Of a stretch of 52,885 bases of DNA, positions 44,699-52,885 are shown piece by piece. Made by a program: the position numbers and the translations under genes. Origin of the DNA: a virus (lineage: Duplodnaviria; Caudoviricetes); the IMG/VR virus record IMGVR_UViG_3300011114_000575, positions 1-52,885 of that record; one strand, 5' to 3'. Under the pieces are notes generated by a model. The model made no database searches. It was given only the letters and a program-made list of their open reading frames with translations, and was not told where the DNA came from. Position 1 is the stretch's first letter, and every line of letters begins with the position of its first letter.

Positions 44699-44929
44699 TT
44701 ACGCGCGCTCAAGCGGGGCAGGGTTGGCATCCCGTTCCGCAAGGTAGTCTGCCTCGCGCATGACGCGCGTGCCTTCCGGCGGCGTCCATTCAGACACGCC
44801 ATCCCACAGCATAATGTTCAACACGCTGCCAACAGGGATTACCACCTCGCGTGGGCCATTCTCCGGGTCAAACTCCATGCGCGTCGTCTCTTCCGTCGAC
44901 AGCAGCACCCAGCGATCTACTTCGGCCAT
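44699..44929 (-). CDS. Small tailspike-associated protein (putative chaperone)
   Basis: GGAG RBS; NIMLWDGVSEWTPPEG paralogous to 29405..29650. Confidence 0.65.
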   Translation of the reverse strand: MAEVDRWVLLSTEETTRMEFDPENGPREVVIPVGSVLNIMLWDGVSEWTPPEGTRVMREADYLAERDANPAPLERA

Positions 44930-44954
44930 TTTAATGCTCCATTCAGTTAAGTGG

Positions 44955-46865
44955 TTATGTCTCGATACGGTAAAGCGTGTTAGACAAAGCAACGTAAGTT
45001 TTGTTTGCGCCACTTACAATAGTGTCAGGTATGTTTGTCCCAAGTGCGTTAATTTGCCCGCCAGACATGGGATAAACATTGAGAGTGTTTGCGCCGGCAT
45101 TCCACACAGTTACGCGCAAGCCTGTGACACTATTGGCGCCAGCAGTTGGCAAACGAACGCCTGTCCCCACATTTACCGTGGTTACTTCGTTAAAGTTTTT
45201 GGTCAACGCTAACGCGGTGCCGCTGGTAGAACCAATCGCCGTCAACCCGGTATTAGGTGAAATGCGGACCTGATCGCTGAAACTAGCGCCAATCAAAATA
45301 CCCCATTGTGAGGCATCATTATTGGCCTGCATGGACCAAACTTGCCTGGAGGTTCCGTTGGCGTTGGTGCTGTGAAACTCGTGAAAATTGCCATCCATAT
45401 ACATACGAAGGAGATCGCCGTCAGTATCTTCCCACGCAATACAAGATTGCTCGTCGTTTGTGCCATTATTGTGGTTTGTGATGACAAAGCCCTGCCGCAT
45501 CCGACCCGTGATACCAAGCTTCTCAAACCAGTTCCCATACTGGTTTGGCAAAGCGGTGCCCTGATAGAACGGTGCTCCAGTGTAAGTGGTTCCTGTGATG
45601 ACGTTGCCTGTCACCGTGGCGCTATTTACCTCGCACCTAATCACGCCAAAGTTTGCAGAATTGGTTCCAGGGTCCGTAATAACGTTGCCAATAATAGAAA
45701 CAGCCTTAGGAGTGTAGCTGTTGGCGGGAGTAACAATGATAACGCTAGTGTTGGGATCAGGGTAATCGTTGAACGTGTTGTTTGCAATAATCAAGCGATC
45801 AACGTAGCCGCGATGAACCAAATAGGAGCGGTGAAACTGGTTCCCAGAAATCACCACATCGGTAATGCCATTGTCGCGGTTGCTAAGAGGCTCAATCTGG
45901 CACGGCTCGGAGGCCGCCCCAGTGCAGCGAAATACGTTACCCTGCACGACAAGCCGCTTGCCAATCACATACAAGGGCGAGGATGCAACAGGCGAAACCT
46001 CAGGATTAAAATTCATCATCTGCGCCGTCTGGGACGTTTCGGCGTAGTTGTTCACTACGTAGGTTGTGCCCGGCCCCTCCCAAAAGTCCCACGCGCAGTT
46101 GCGAAATTCATAGCCGCTATTGCCGACTACCCACGTTTCCTCACAGCCTCGGCAAGCAATAGAGTTTCCGCCGTAAAAGAAATAGTTATCTTCAATTAAA
46201 AGTCGGGTAACATACCTAAAATTAAGAGGATGCATGGCATTACTTGCTGTATTCCATGAATAATCAAAAGTAATACCAGAAACAGAAATATCATTGTCGC
46301 CAGCAGCTAGTGATGCAGCATTCCAGTTTACATTGTAGAAAAACGAATAAGCCTCACTCATTCCAGACCCAGGGAAACCGGCTATGGCTTTGATCCTGGT
46401 TGCTTGGCGTCCTGCACCACGAACTTGCGTGCCGGAAAAAAGCCCAGTCCCATACGAAACCATATAGGTTCCAGCAGGGACCAATAACACACCACCATTG
46501 GGAAGCGACGCCGCCGCAGCGACAAAAGCCGCTGTATCGTCTGTCACACCATCGCCAGTTGCACCAAACGCGCGGACGTTAGCACCAACGCCGACGCCAA
46601 GTGCTGCCGCCGCTAGCGTCATCTTGCCTGTTGTCCCGGTATTGGGACCGATGCTTCCTTGCACGACCGGAAATATATCTGTTGAATTAACCGACGAAGC
46701 GGCAGGAAGCTGCGAGATATAAAAACCAGGATAGTATGAATAAGAATATTGAGCAATCCCGGCGACGGTCGTCTGCACCGACGTGCCAGACTGGACAGCC
46801 TCCAGGGCCTCAGTGCCGTTGAGGGCTATCGCTACGGGCAGGTTGGGGATTTGGACATTGCTCAC
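44955..46865 (-). CDS. Tailspike with pectate-lyase-like beta-helix (depolymerase)
   Basis: NVRAFGATGDGVTDDTAAF, LVPAGTY, repeated ISGNQF/IANNTF/IIGNVI rungs. Confidence 0.85.
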   Translation of the reverse strand: MSNVQIPNLPVAIALNGTEALEAVQSGTSVQTTVAGIAQYSYSYYPGFYISQLPAASSVNSTDIFPVVQGSIGPNTGTTGKMTLAAAALGVGVGANVRAFGATGDGVTDDTAAFVAAAASLPNGGVLLVPAGTYMVSYGTGLFSGTQVRGAGRQATRIKAIAGFPGSGMSEAYSFFYNVNWNAASLAAGDNDISVSGITFDYSWNTASNAMHPLNFRYVTRLLIEDNYFFYGGNSIACRGCEETWVVGNSGYEFRNCAWDFWEGPGTTYVVNNYAETSQTAQMMNFNPEVSPVASSPLYVIGKRLVVQGNVFRCTGAASEPCQIEPLSNRDNGITDVVISGNQFHRSYLVHRGYVDRLIIANNTFNDYPDPNTSVIIVTPANSYTPKAVSIIGNVITDPGTNSANFGVIRCEVNSATVTGNVITGTTYTGAPFYQGTALPNQYGNWFEKLGITGRMRQGFVITNHNNGTNDEQSCIAWEDTDGDLLRMYMDGNFHEFHSTNANGTSRQVWSMQANNDASQWGILIGASFSDQVRISPNTGLTAIGSTSGTALALTKNFNEVTTVNVGTGVRLPTAGANSVTGLRVTVWNAGANTLNVYPMSGGQINALGTNIPDTIVSGANKTYVALSNTLYRIET

Positions 46866-47365
46866 GACAGAGACCCCGTTTCAGGCACCGACGTATTATC
46901 ATACGGAAGGCCAGGATTGCTATTCCCAGGTGCATTGGGGTCGGTGCCGGGCTGGGTATTTGTGCCCCCAGGCGCCTCGCCAGTCTGCTGCGTCACCCGG
47001 TTGCCATTGGACTGAGTGATGCGGTTGTTGCCCCCGATGACGGGCAAACCAGTCGTAGGATCGACGCTATTCTGCCCAGAGGTCGTGCGATTGTTGGTCT
47101 CTGCATTGACAAAATACTCAATGCGAGGATTCTGAATAGGCACAGGATCGGCAGGAATAACAATAGCACGCAACTGCTGCTGAGGCTCATCGTAGCATGA
47201 GTTGCATACGAGCATTCGCCTGTTTACAAGCGACGCACCGGACCAATCAAACTGCCATTTGAGATTTACGTGGTTATACCTAAACCCACACCTATCGCAA
47301 ATCGCATGCGCCTGCGGTGAGCGTGCGCTAGTCCTAGCCCTACCTGATCGAGACGCATACGCCAT
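46862..47365 (-). CDS. Virion-module protein with CxxC pair
   Basis: AICDRCGFRY...VCNSC.DEPQQQL...DPVPIQNPR. Confidence 0.7.
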   Translation of the reverse strand: MAYASRSGRARTSARSPQAHAICDRCGFRYNHVNLKWQFDWSGASLVNRRMLVCNSCYDEPQQQLRAIVIPADPVPIQNPRIEYFVNAETNNRTTSGQNSVDPTTGLPVIGGNNRITQSNGNRVTQQTGEAPGGTNTQPGTDPNAPGNSNPGLPYDNTSVPETGSLS

Positions 47366-47374
47366 AACGTCTCC

Positions 47375-48067
47375 TTACGGCCTGTAATAGCCTGCAAGCT
47401 GGGGGGAAATGTATTGCTGTGCAGTTTCTACGTTTTGTTCCGCCGCAATACGGTAGGACTCATCCGCCTGCGCCTTAAGCCCAGGCGCCATAGGAGGATT
47501 CCAAATCTTAGCCAAACGATAAGCCAAACCATCTCCAAAGGCTTCAAGCCAAAGGTAGGGGATATCGAGCGTCTGACCGTTTGTAAAGTTAGCATCCTCA
47601 ATGCGGCGCACTCGATAGTATTTCAGATATTGCGCGCTGCTGCCATCAGGAACAGGCCAAAGAGTGACACTAGGGGAAATCAGCCTGTCAAGCCAATATA
47701 CCGTAGTAAACCCCTGTTGCTCCTTATTAGGATACGTGGAGTATTCCGAGCGGCTAATAGGAAGAATGATGCGGTCGGTAGATGTTGAACCACTGACGGT
47801 TGTCACATAAGCATCAAGAATAATAACCGTGCTTTGGTCAACCGAATAAGTAGACTGCCCCTGCACAAGCGGAACCGTCACAAGGTCAACCTTCCACAGG
47901 TTGACGCCCTGGTTAGCCCAGCGTGCCAGCATGAGATTGGTTGCCATCTTCGCAGAATGCATATGCTCCTGCAGGAGCGCAGTGTTGCGAACGCCAGCAA
48001 CATTGAACGCATACAGGACCAATTCGCCAAGCGATGGATTGAATGCGTATGTGCCGGAAGAAGTCAT
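47375..48067 (-). CDS. Head completion / adaptor protein
   Basis: NLMLARWANQGVNLW, ISRSEY..YPNK, LWPVPD and GLAYRLA. Confidence 0.7.
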   Translation of the reverse strand: MTSSGTYAFNPSLGELVLYAFNVAGVRNTALLQEHMHSAKMATNLMLARWANQGVNLWKVDLVTVPLVQGQSTYSVDQSTVIILDAYVTTVSGSTSTDRIILPISRSEYSTYPNKEQQGFTTVYWLDRLISPSVTLWPVPDGSSAQYLKYYRVRRIEDANFTNGQTLDIPYLWLEAFGDGLAYRLAKIWNPPMAPGLKAQADESYRIAAEQNVETAQQYISPQLAGYYRP

Positions 48068-48068
48068 T

Positions 48069-49031
48069 TCAATACTCTACCACAATTACAATTCCAGGCG
48101 CACCTGCGCCGCCAGCGCCACCGACGAAACCACTAGTGCTGTTTCCGGCGCCACCGCCGCCACCACCGGCTCCGTAGTTGCCGCCAGCGCCGCCTGCACC
48201 GCCGTTGCCAGTAGAACCTGCACCACCACCACCACCACCCGATGCTGGTGCGTTTGCAAAAATATTTATAGGGGATTGTCCAGAACCTGCGCTACCATTA
48301 GCATTAATGGCGCCGCCCGAAGCGTTATTAAATGGACCATTTATCAACGTGCCACCGCCACCTGCGCCTGCCTGAGCAGTGCCTGCATTAAACCCACCTC
48401 CACTACCGCCGCCAGTAGGAGAATTTTGATTGTTTCCGCCACTAAAAGCAGTCCCGGTTGAACTACCACCCCCACCAGCACTGCCTGAATACAATGCGCC
48501 AGCGCCGCCTGCAGAGCCAAATCCACCTCCCGCTCCAAAAGCAGAGCCCAATCCACCAGCGGCATTTGTGCCAAAACCTCCCTGTAGGCTGTTTTGTGAA
48601 GCCGAACCACCACCACCCGAAGCCACCCCTAATGCTCCGGGAGCGCCGCCGCCTCCACCACCCCCATATACTTTGGAAGCAAACGAACTGACGCCGCCAA
48701 TACCACCTTGACCGGCAATACTCCCCCCGGTTGGAATTACCCCAGACTGTCCAGCAGCACCGCCAGCCCCAACAATAATAGTTTCTGTCGCAGAAAGACT
48801 TGCAGCATTAAACTGATATGAAAAGTAACCGGCACCACCACCGCCGCCGCCGCCTGACCCGCTGCCTGCGGCATACGTGCCCCCAAATCCCCCACCACCG
48901 CCGCCACCCACAACAAGAACCTGAACCGTCTTTGTGTTCGGGTTCTTTGTCCAGGTGCTAGAGCCGGTGGTCGAAAACGTCGTGGTAATAGGCGCAATCG
49001 CGCCGGAGGTTGCTACTGCACGAACAGCCAT
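48069..49031 (-). CDS. Glycine-rich adhesin-like protein
   Basis: VQVLVVGGGGGGG...GAPGIVIVVEY; many polyglycine runs. Confidence 0.75.
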   Translation of the reverse strand: MAVRAVATSGAIAPITTTFSTTGSSTWTKNPNTKTVQVLVVGGGGGGGFGGTYAAGSGSGGGGGGGAGYFSYQFNAASLSATETIIVGAGGAAGQSGVIPTGGSIAGQGGIGGVSSFASKVYGGGGGGGAPGALGVASGGGGSASQNSLQGGFGTNAAGGLGSAFGAGGGFGSAGGAGALYSGSAGGGGSSTGTAFSGGNNQNSPTGGGSGGGFNAGTAQAGAGGGGTLINGPFNNASGGAINANGSAGSGQSPINIFANAPASGGGGGGAGSTGNGGAGGAGGNYGAGGGGGGAGNSTSGFVGGAGGAGAPGIVIVVEY

Positions 49032-49576
49032 TACACGCCATCCCCTGCCATGACATAGACAATAGCAGTTCCGGTCTGAGTGATGCCGGTGAAATACGAA
49101 TTAAAAGGAACGGTAAAAACCTCAATAACCCCAGGCAGCAGAACAATAGCAGGACTGCCAGTGGTGGTAATCGTGGTAGAGGAAACCGTTTGAGACTGAC
49201 TTACGGTATACGTTCCCGTGCTACCTGCTGTGCCAGTAAGCTGGGAAACAATCTGCGTATTAGCCACAACGCCAGTGCCGCTGATAAGCTGGTTGGGGAA
49301 GAGCGCTCCCGAGCCAACAGCAGAAACCGTCATTGTAGTTCCAGAAATGCTGGCTGTGATACTGGTAGCAACAGGAACAACCGCGTTGGTCTTTGCCACA
49401 GCAGCGTTAATGCTAAACCCCATAAAAACAGGGGTTGTGCCAGCATTTAGAACTCGAATGTTCCTGACGCCCGCAGAGATGGTGAGCAAATTCGGAACCT
49501 GAATAGCATCAGGAGCCGACGTGGCAGCAGTAAATGGAACTGTCAGACCAATTGGGAAAAAGGGCGTTAGTTCCAT
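49031..49576 (-). CDS. Virion structural protein with inserted TASISGT domain
   Basis: 181 aa, beta-rich; GAGG RBS. Confidence 0.7.
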   Translation of the reverse strand: MELTPFFPIGLTVPFTAATSAPDAIQVPNLLTISAGVRNIRVLNAGTTPVFMGFSINAAVAKTNAVVPVATSITASISGTTMTVSAVGSGALFPNQLISGTGVVANTQIVSQLTGTAGSTGTYTVSQSQTVSSTTITTTGSPAIVLLPGVIEVFTVPFNSYFTGITQTGTAIVYVMAGDGV

Positions 49577-49599
49577 TGCATTACCTCAAACTAAACTTA

Positions 49600-49632
49600 C
49601 AAAAAATTCTGCCGTGGTTGGTATTGGCAGAA
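49600..49632 (-). terminator. Rho-independent terminator
   Basis: TTCTGCC...GGCAGAA followed by TTTTTT on the minus strand. Confidence 0.55.
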
Positions 49633-49658
49633 CAAAGCGTGGCAGAGGCAAGCAGGTA

Positions 49659-49841
49659 TCACTTGCCCTTCTTGGTGTGACCAGCGCGAGCCGCAGTAAT
49701 GTTGTCTACCATATTAGGGTAAGGGCGGCCAGAGGCGCGAGCATGTGCCTTGGCATCCTTTACCCCTTCGCGGCTCAAGTGCTTATGCACCGCATCTTTA
49801 GGGGCTGCCGTTTCCCAAAATTCCTTGTGCTTCTTCATCAC
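49659..49841 (-). CDS. Small basic protein
   Basis: AKAHARASGRPYPNMVDN; start overlaps the upstream stop. Confidence 0.65.
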   Translation of the reverse strand: MMKKHKEFWETAAPKDAVHKHLSREGVKDAKAHARASGRPYPNMVDNITAARAGHTKKGK

Positions 49842-50104
49842 GGGCAATCCCACTTACGGAGAGACTTGTTGATCCGGCTATTGGGGTCGTGAGCCGCCTT
49901 GGCGCCCGTAAGCTTATTACGCATCCCTTCCATCCGCGCACAGAATGAGCGGCGGCGGGCGGCAGAAAGCTCGCTATGCTGCGCCTCGTCACGCGAAACA
50001 GGGCGTTTGATGTCGCGCCCCTCCGCCTTCAAAGAAGCCCTACCCTTCTCATTGAGGCCGCCAGAGGGGTTCTTGCCCTCCTTACGAGTCCAAGCACCAG
50101 CCAT
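49838..50104 (-). CDS. Small basic head-module protein
   Basis: AWTRKEGKNPSGGLNEKGRAS...RRSFCARM...SRINKSLRKWDC; GGAGG RBS. Confidence 0.8.
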   Translation of the reverse strand: MAGAWTRKEGKNPSGGLNEKGRASLKAEGRDIKRPVSRDEAQHSELSAARRRSFCARMEGMRNKLTGAKAAHDPNSRINKSLRKWDCP

Positions 50105-50115
50105 TACAGCCTCCA

Positions 50116-50141
50116 GAGAAAGACGGGGGCTTTCGCCCCCG
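50116..50141 (-). terminator. Terminator after the capsid operon
   Basis: CGGGGGC-GAAA-GCCCCCG followed by TCTTTCTC. Confidence 0.7.
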
Positions 50142-50147
50142 CTGTTC

Positions 50148-50552
50148 TTAGTCGATGTCCATGTCCTTGTGCCCGTGCGGCAGAGTGCCCTTGTGGGCGC
50201 TGCTCAGCGGGGAGGCATCAGAACCAGACTTGGCGCGACCGCCAGCCTTGCGGGGCTTGCGACCGGCATGATGCTGCGCGGCAGCGCCATGGACGGCGCC
50301 AACGTGCTTCACATGGCCCATGTGGTGGTGCATGACGTGACCGCCATGCTTCCGCTTGGTGCGACCGCCATGTTTCTTGGCCTTAGCCTCACCCGAAACG
50401 TTGCTCTCGTTCGTGTAGTCCATGATGGGGTGATCGAGGTCTTGCTTAAACTCAGCAACACCCTTCATATTCTCGCCGGCAGGGCCGCCTTCAGCAAAGT
50501 GACCCTTGTGCGCGGCGTGCTTGCCGTGATGATGCGCCTTATGACCCTTCAT
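50148..50552 (-). CDS. His/Lys-rich protein with four xAxGG/xKxGG motifs
   Basis: FAEGG, KKHGG, RKHGG, RKAGG; AGGAGA RBS. Confidence 0.8.
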   Translation of the reverse strand: MKGHKAHHHGKHAAHKGHFAEGGPAGENMKGVAEFKQDLDHPIMDYTNESNVSGEAKAKKHGGRTKRKHGGHVMHHHMGHVKHVGAVHGAAAQHHAGRKPRKAGGRAKSGSDASPLSSAHKGTLPHGHKDMDID

Positions 50553-50563
50553 GGCCGATCTCC

Positions 50564-51763
50564 TCAGAACGCGCTGAATTGGGTAGCGCCGAAAAGACCG
50601 GCGATGGACCCAACATTGTAAAGTTGCGGGGACTGGCGGATGATCAAACGGTTTGCGCCAGTGGAAGACGCGGACTGCAAGGTATAAGTGCCTCGCACAT
50701 CGCCAGTAGTGCTGGACGGCGTGGTCTGCACCGAAGCCGTGTAGCCCGTGGCCGCCGTAACCAACGTTGTTGCCGTCAGTGAGGCCGCATAGTTCACCAG
50801 AATGTCACCAAAGAAATCAGACCGAATCGGCAAGCCGATAATGTCTGTGGTGCCAATCGAGTAGGCGCGCGTTGTATCAGCCGTGCCGCCGCTAAGAACG
50901 ACGGAACGAATATACTTGAACGCCTTCTTGCCGTTCACAGTGGACCCGGCAGTGATAGTAATGGCTTCCGTCATCGGGAAGCCATACACATCGTAGCCGT
51001 TCACCGTGGCGGTGGTGTAGGTCGCGGTGGCAGCAGCAGTGACGCTGACAGCGCGGCCCAGGATGGCCATGGGGTTCCAGGCAGTCAGGCCGCCATTGCT
51101 GCCAAAGTCGATGCCCGAGGCCAGCGTAGCGCCCGAAAGAGACGCCGTGATGGTGCCAGAGCCAATCGTCTGCGACGTGCTGACGATATAGGTGCCGACA
51201 TAGCCAACGCCCGTGCCGTAGCCCACCACAGTCACACCAGAGGCCAAGGTGCCCGTGCCACCGGCAGTCAATAGCGTCATGCCAATGCAGATCGGCCCGG
51301 CGCTGTTGGCTGTCACGGTCATCACCGTGCCAGCAATGCTGGCGGTGAAAGACGCATAGGTGTCGATACCCACAAGTCCGGCCCCGTTCACGCCCGTGTC
51401 AACCACGTTTGTGTCAGCGCGGACAATCGAGGGAATGATCGAGACGCCAGTCGTGGCCGAAGGCGCAGACACCAGCGTCAGCGTAGCCGACGTGGGGTTT
51501 GCGGAAGCCACAATGGCAGCGGAGGAGGCAGTGTAGGGCACCACGTTGAGCGTAGTGATGTTGTCCATGCCGATGAAACCCGCAGTCAGGGCTGTAGAGC
51601 CCTGACCAGGAGTATAGGAATAGACCGCGCGCGGATCGAGAATGCCGGCGCCAGCGTAGAACAACGAAGGGCCAAGGTCCGGGTTGTAATCAGGCGTAGG
51701 GCCGACACCAGCCGGCTGCTGCCCAAAAACAACCAAAGGACCAGAAAGGGCGGTAATAGCCAT
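50564..51763 (-). CDS. Capsid-associated structural protein
   Basis: 399 aa directly after the MCP; GYDVYGFPMTE.I...GKKAFKYI and TTGDVRGTY. Confidence 0.7.
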   Translation of the reverse strand: MAITALSGPLVVFGQQPAGVGPTPDYNPDLGPSLFYAGAGILDPRAVYSYTPGQGSTALTAGFIGMDNITTLNVVPYTASSAAIVASANPTSATLTLVSAPSATTGVSIIPSIVRADTNVVDTGVNGAGLVGIDTYASFTASIAGTVMTVTANSAGPICIGMTLLTAGGTGTLASGVTVVGYGTGVGYVGTYIVSTSQTIGSGTITASLSGATLASGIDFGSNGGLTAWNPMAILGRAVSVTAAATATYTTATVNGYDVYGFPMTEAITITAGSTVNGKKAFKYIRSVVLSGGTADTTRAYSIGTTDIIGLPIRSDFFGDILVNYAASLTATTLVTAATGYTASVQTTPSSTTGDVRGTYTLQSASSTGANRLIIRQSPQLYNVGSIAGLFGATQFSAF

Positions 51764-51775
51764 AAGCCGGCCTCC

Positions 51776-52690
51776 TTACGAAGTGGGGAACGACCCGAAG
51801 ATCGAACGCCAATTGTAGTAACCGAACGAGTAACGCTCGTAACCCTTCACAAGCAGATTGTCAGTGACAAAATCCACCTGCATGTCGGTCTCAAACTTGA
51901 CTCGCTCCATATACGACAAACCATCAATGTTCGTCAGGAGGAACCAAGCAAAAGCCGACGTGAGGAAGTCGTTGGTCATGTAGCCTTCGGGAAGGCCACC
52001 GGCCGTCGACACAATCGCGTTGACGTCGTTGTCAGCCGTGCCGGGGCGCAGTTCCGTCTTCGTCAGACGAATAGCAACCGGCTCAAGCTGCGGCGGGACA
52101 ATGAGCTTGCGAGCGCGCGCAAACACCTTCAGGCCAGCCTGATCGCGGAAGTTGGTTCGCACCGAGATCATGCCGTTCAGCAGGGTGGCCTCGTTGAGGT
52201 CAACCTGGATGGTCGGGGTGTTGGCAACGGTGCCACCGTCAATCGGGTGCGCAGTGGAGCACAGGGCCACGCCGTCACCGCCAACCGACGCATTGTAGGT
52301 CGTCGCGGTATTCAGCAGGTTGGCGCCGTAGATTTCCTTAGTCTGCTGGAAGGACTCGATCAGACCAAGGTTCGACGGGTGAAACTGCGTCTTGTAGAGG
52401 TTGTCATCAATCGCCTTGCGAGTGATGGCATACCCAAGAGCAATTTCAGTGTGTTCCTGGTTGTAGACAAAACGCTCACCAGCATTATTGTCAAACGCAG
52501 TCTGACCACCTTCGGTCTTAAGCTGCGCCAGACCCAGGTAGCGCATCTCAGCGGTGCGCTCCAGAGCCATCTTCGACTCGTGCTTGGTGAAAATCTTATC
52601 ATACTGAGACGGGATCATCTCATACTTGCCCTCGACGCCACGAAGGCCGGGGAGCAAGAGGTCCTTGATAGCCGAAAGATTAACAGCCAT
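51776..52690 (-). CDS. Major capsid protein (HK97 fold)
   Basis: 304 aa; LLLPGL, HTEIALGYAIT..AIDDNLY, GDGVALCSTAHP, LIVPPQL, AWFLLT, ERYSFGYYNWRSIFGS. Confidence 0.92.
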   Translation of the reverse strand: MAVNLSAIKDLLLPGLRGVEGKYEMIPSQYDKIFTKHESKMALERTAEMRYLGLAQLKTEGGQTAFDNNAGERFVYNQEHTEIALGYAITRKAIDDNLYKTQFHPSNLGLIESFQQTKEIYGANLLNTATTYNASVGGDGVALCSTAHPIDGGTVANTPTIQVDLNEATLLNGMISVRTNFRDQAGLKVFARARKLIVPPQLEPVAIRLTKTELRPGTADNDVNAIVSTAGGLPEGYMTNDFLTSAFAWFLLTNIDGLSYMERVKFETDMQVDFVTDNLLVKGYERYSFGYYNWRSIFGSFPTS

Positions 52691-52885
52691 TGTTCAGCCC
52701 TCCGATCACGAAATGCCAGTCGGGCCAGCGCCATTAGAGCGCCAAACCTCGTTGTTAAAGCCGACGATCACCTGCGGGAAGTTCGTGCTGGGATCGGTGC
52801 CGTTCGCGCCGGGCGGGGAGAAGTCGTAATCAACGATGACAAACGGCGAAGTTACCGCCGTCGCAACAGCGTCGAGATACGCGCC
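52678..52885. repeat. Terminal direct repeat / circular overlap, copy 2
   Basis: Matches 1-208 with one mismatch; falls inside a coding gene, so most likely an assembly overlap of a circular or permuted genome. Confidence 0.97.

Larger units (their letters stand above)
1..52885. mobile_element. Complete circularly permuted tailed phage genome (podovirus-like Caudoviricetes), about 52,677 bp unit length
   Basis: Terminase, portal, capsid, tail, lysis and replication genes are all present; the ends overlap by 208 bp; the capsid operon continues across the junction; no host housekeeping genes. Confidence 0.95.

Noticed and set aside
48069-49031. Counting the many GG dipeptides in Gly-rich fibres as xAxGG tags
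   Set aside because: These are polyglycine structural runs without the basic or aromatic residue context; excluded from the motif finding.
1-52885. Stop-codon reassignment
   Set aside because: The standard code gives dense, full-length genes ending in TAA, TAG and TGA, and no suppressor tRNA was seen.

Overview
The window is essentially one complete, circularly permuted tailed-phage genome of about 52.68 kb: bases 1-208 recur at 52678-52885 with one mismatch. It has podovirus-type architecture, with no tape-measure, tail-tube or sheath gene recognised. The host is probably an alphaproteobacterium (GapR/DUF2312 homolog, GTA-type 3-TM holin); this is inference. The minus strand carries the packaging and head module (terS, terL, portal, GroES, scaffold, capsid genes across the junction), the tail, receptor-binding and lysis module, two large ejection proteins, and a replication block (Prim-Pol/helicase, RuvC-like resolvase). 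The plus strand from 18.7 to 29.1 kb carries tRNA-Leu(UAA), a UvrD-like helicase, a PD-(D/E)XK exonuclease, a putative SSB and many small accessory ORFs. No integrase, repressor, DNA or RNA polymerase, reverse transcriptase or CRISPR array was recognised. The most striking unexplained signal is a short [K/R/F/Y]-[A/K]-x-G-G motif repeated more than 20 times in six head and ejection-module proteins. It brackets discrete cargo domains, including an HhH DNA-glycosylase-like domain. It co-occurs with a stand-alone protein that could read the motif and with an ejection polyprotein holding two internal S74 self-cleaving domains. Together these suggest a candidate double-glycine tag system for processing or loading injected cargo. 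Other candidates: a -1 frameshift site, a Tlde1-type endolysin, anti-Shine-Dalgarno structured RNAs and a repeat-flanked methyltransferase cassette. All family calls are by motif recognition only; no searches were run.
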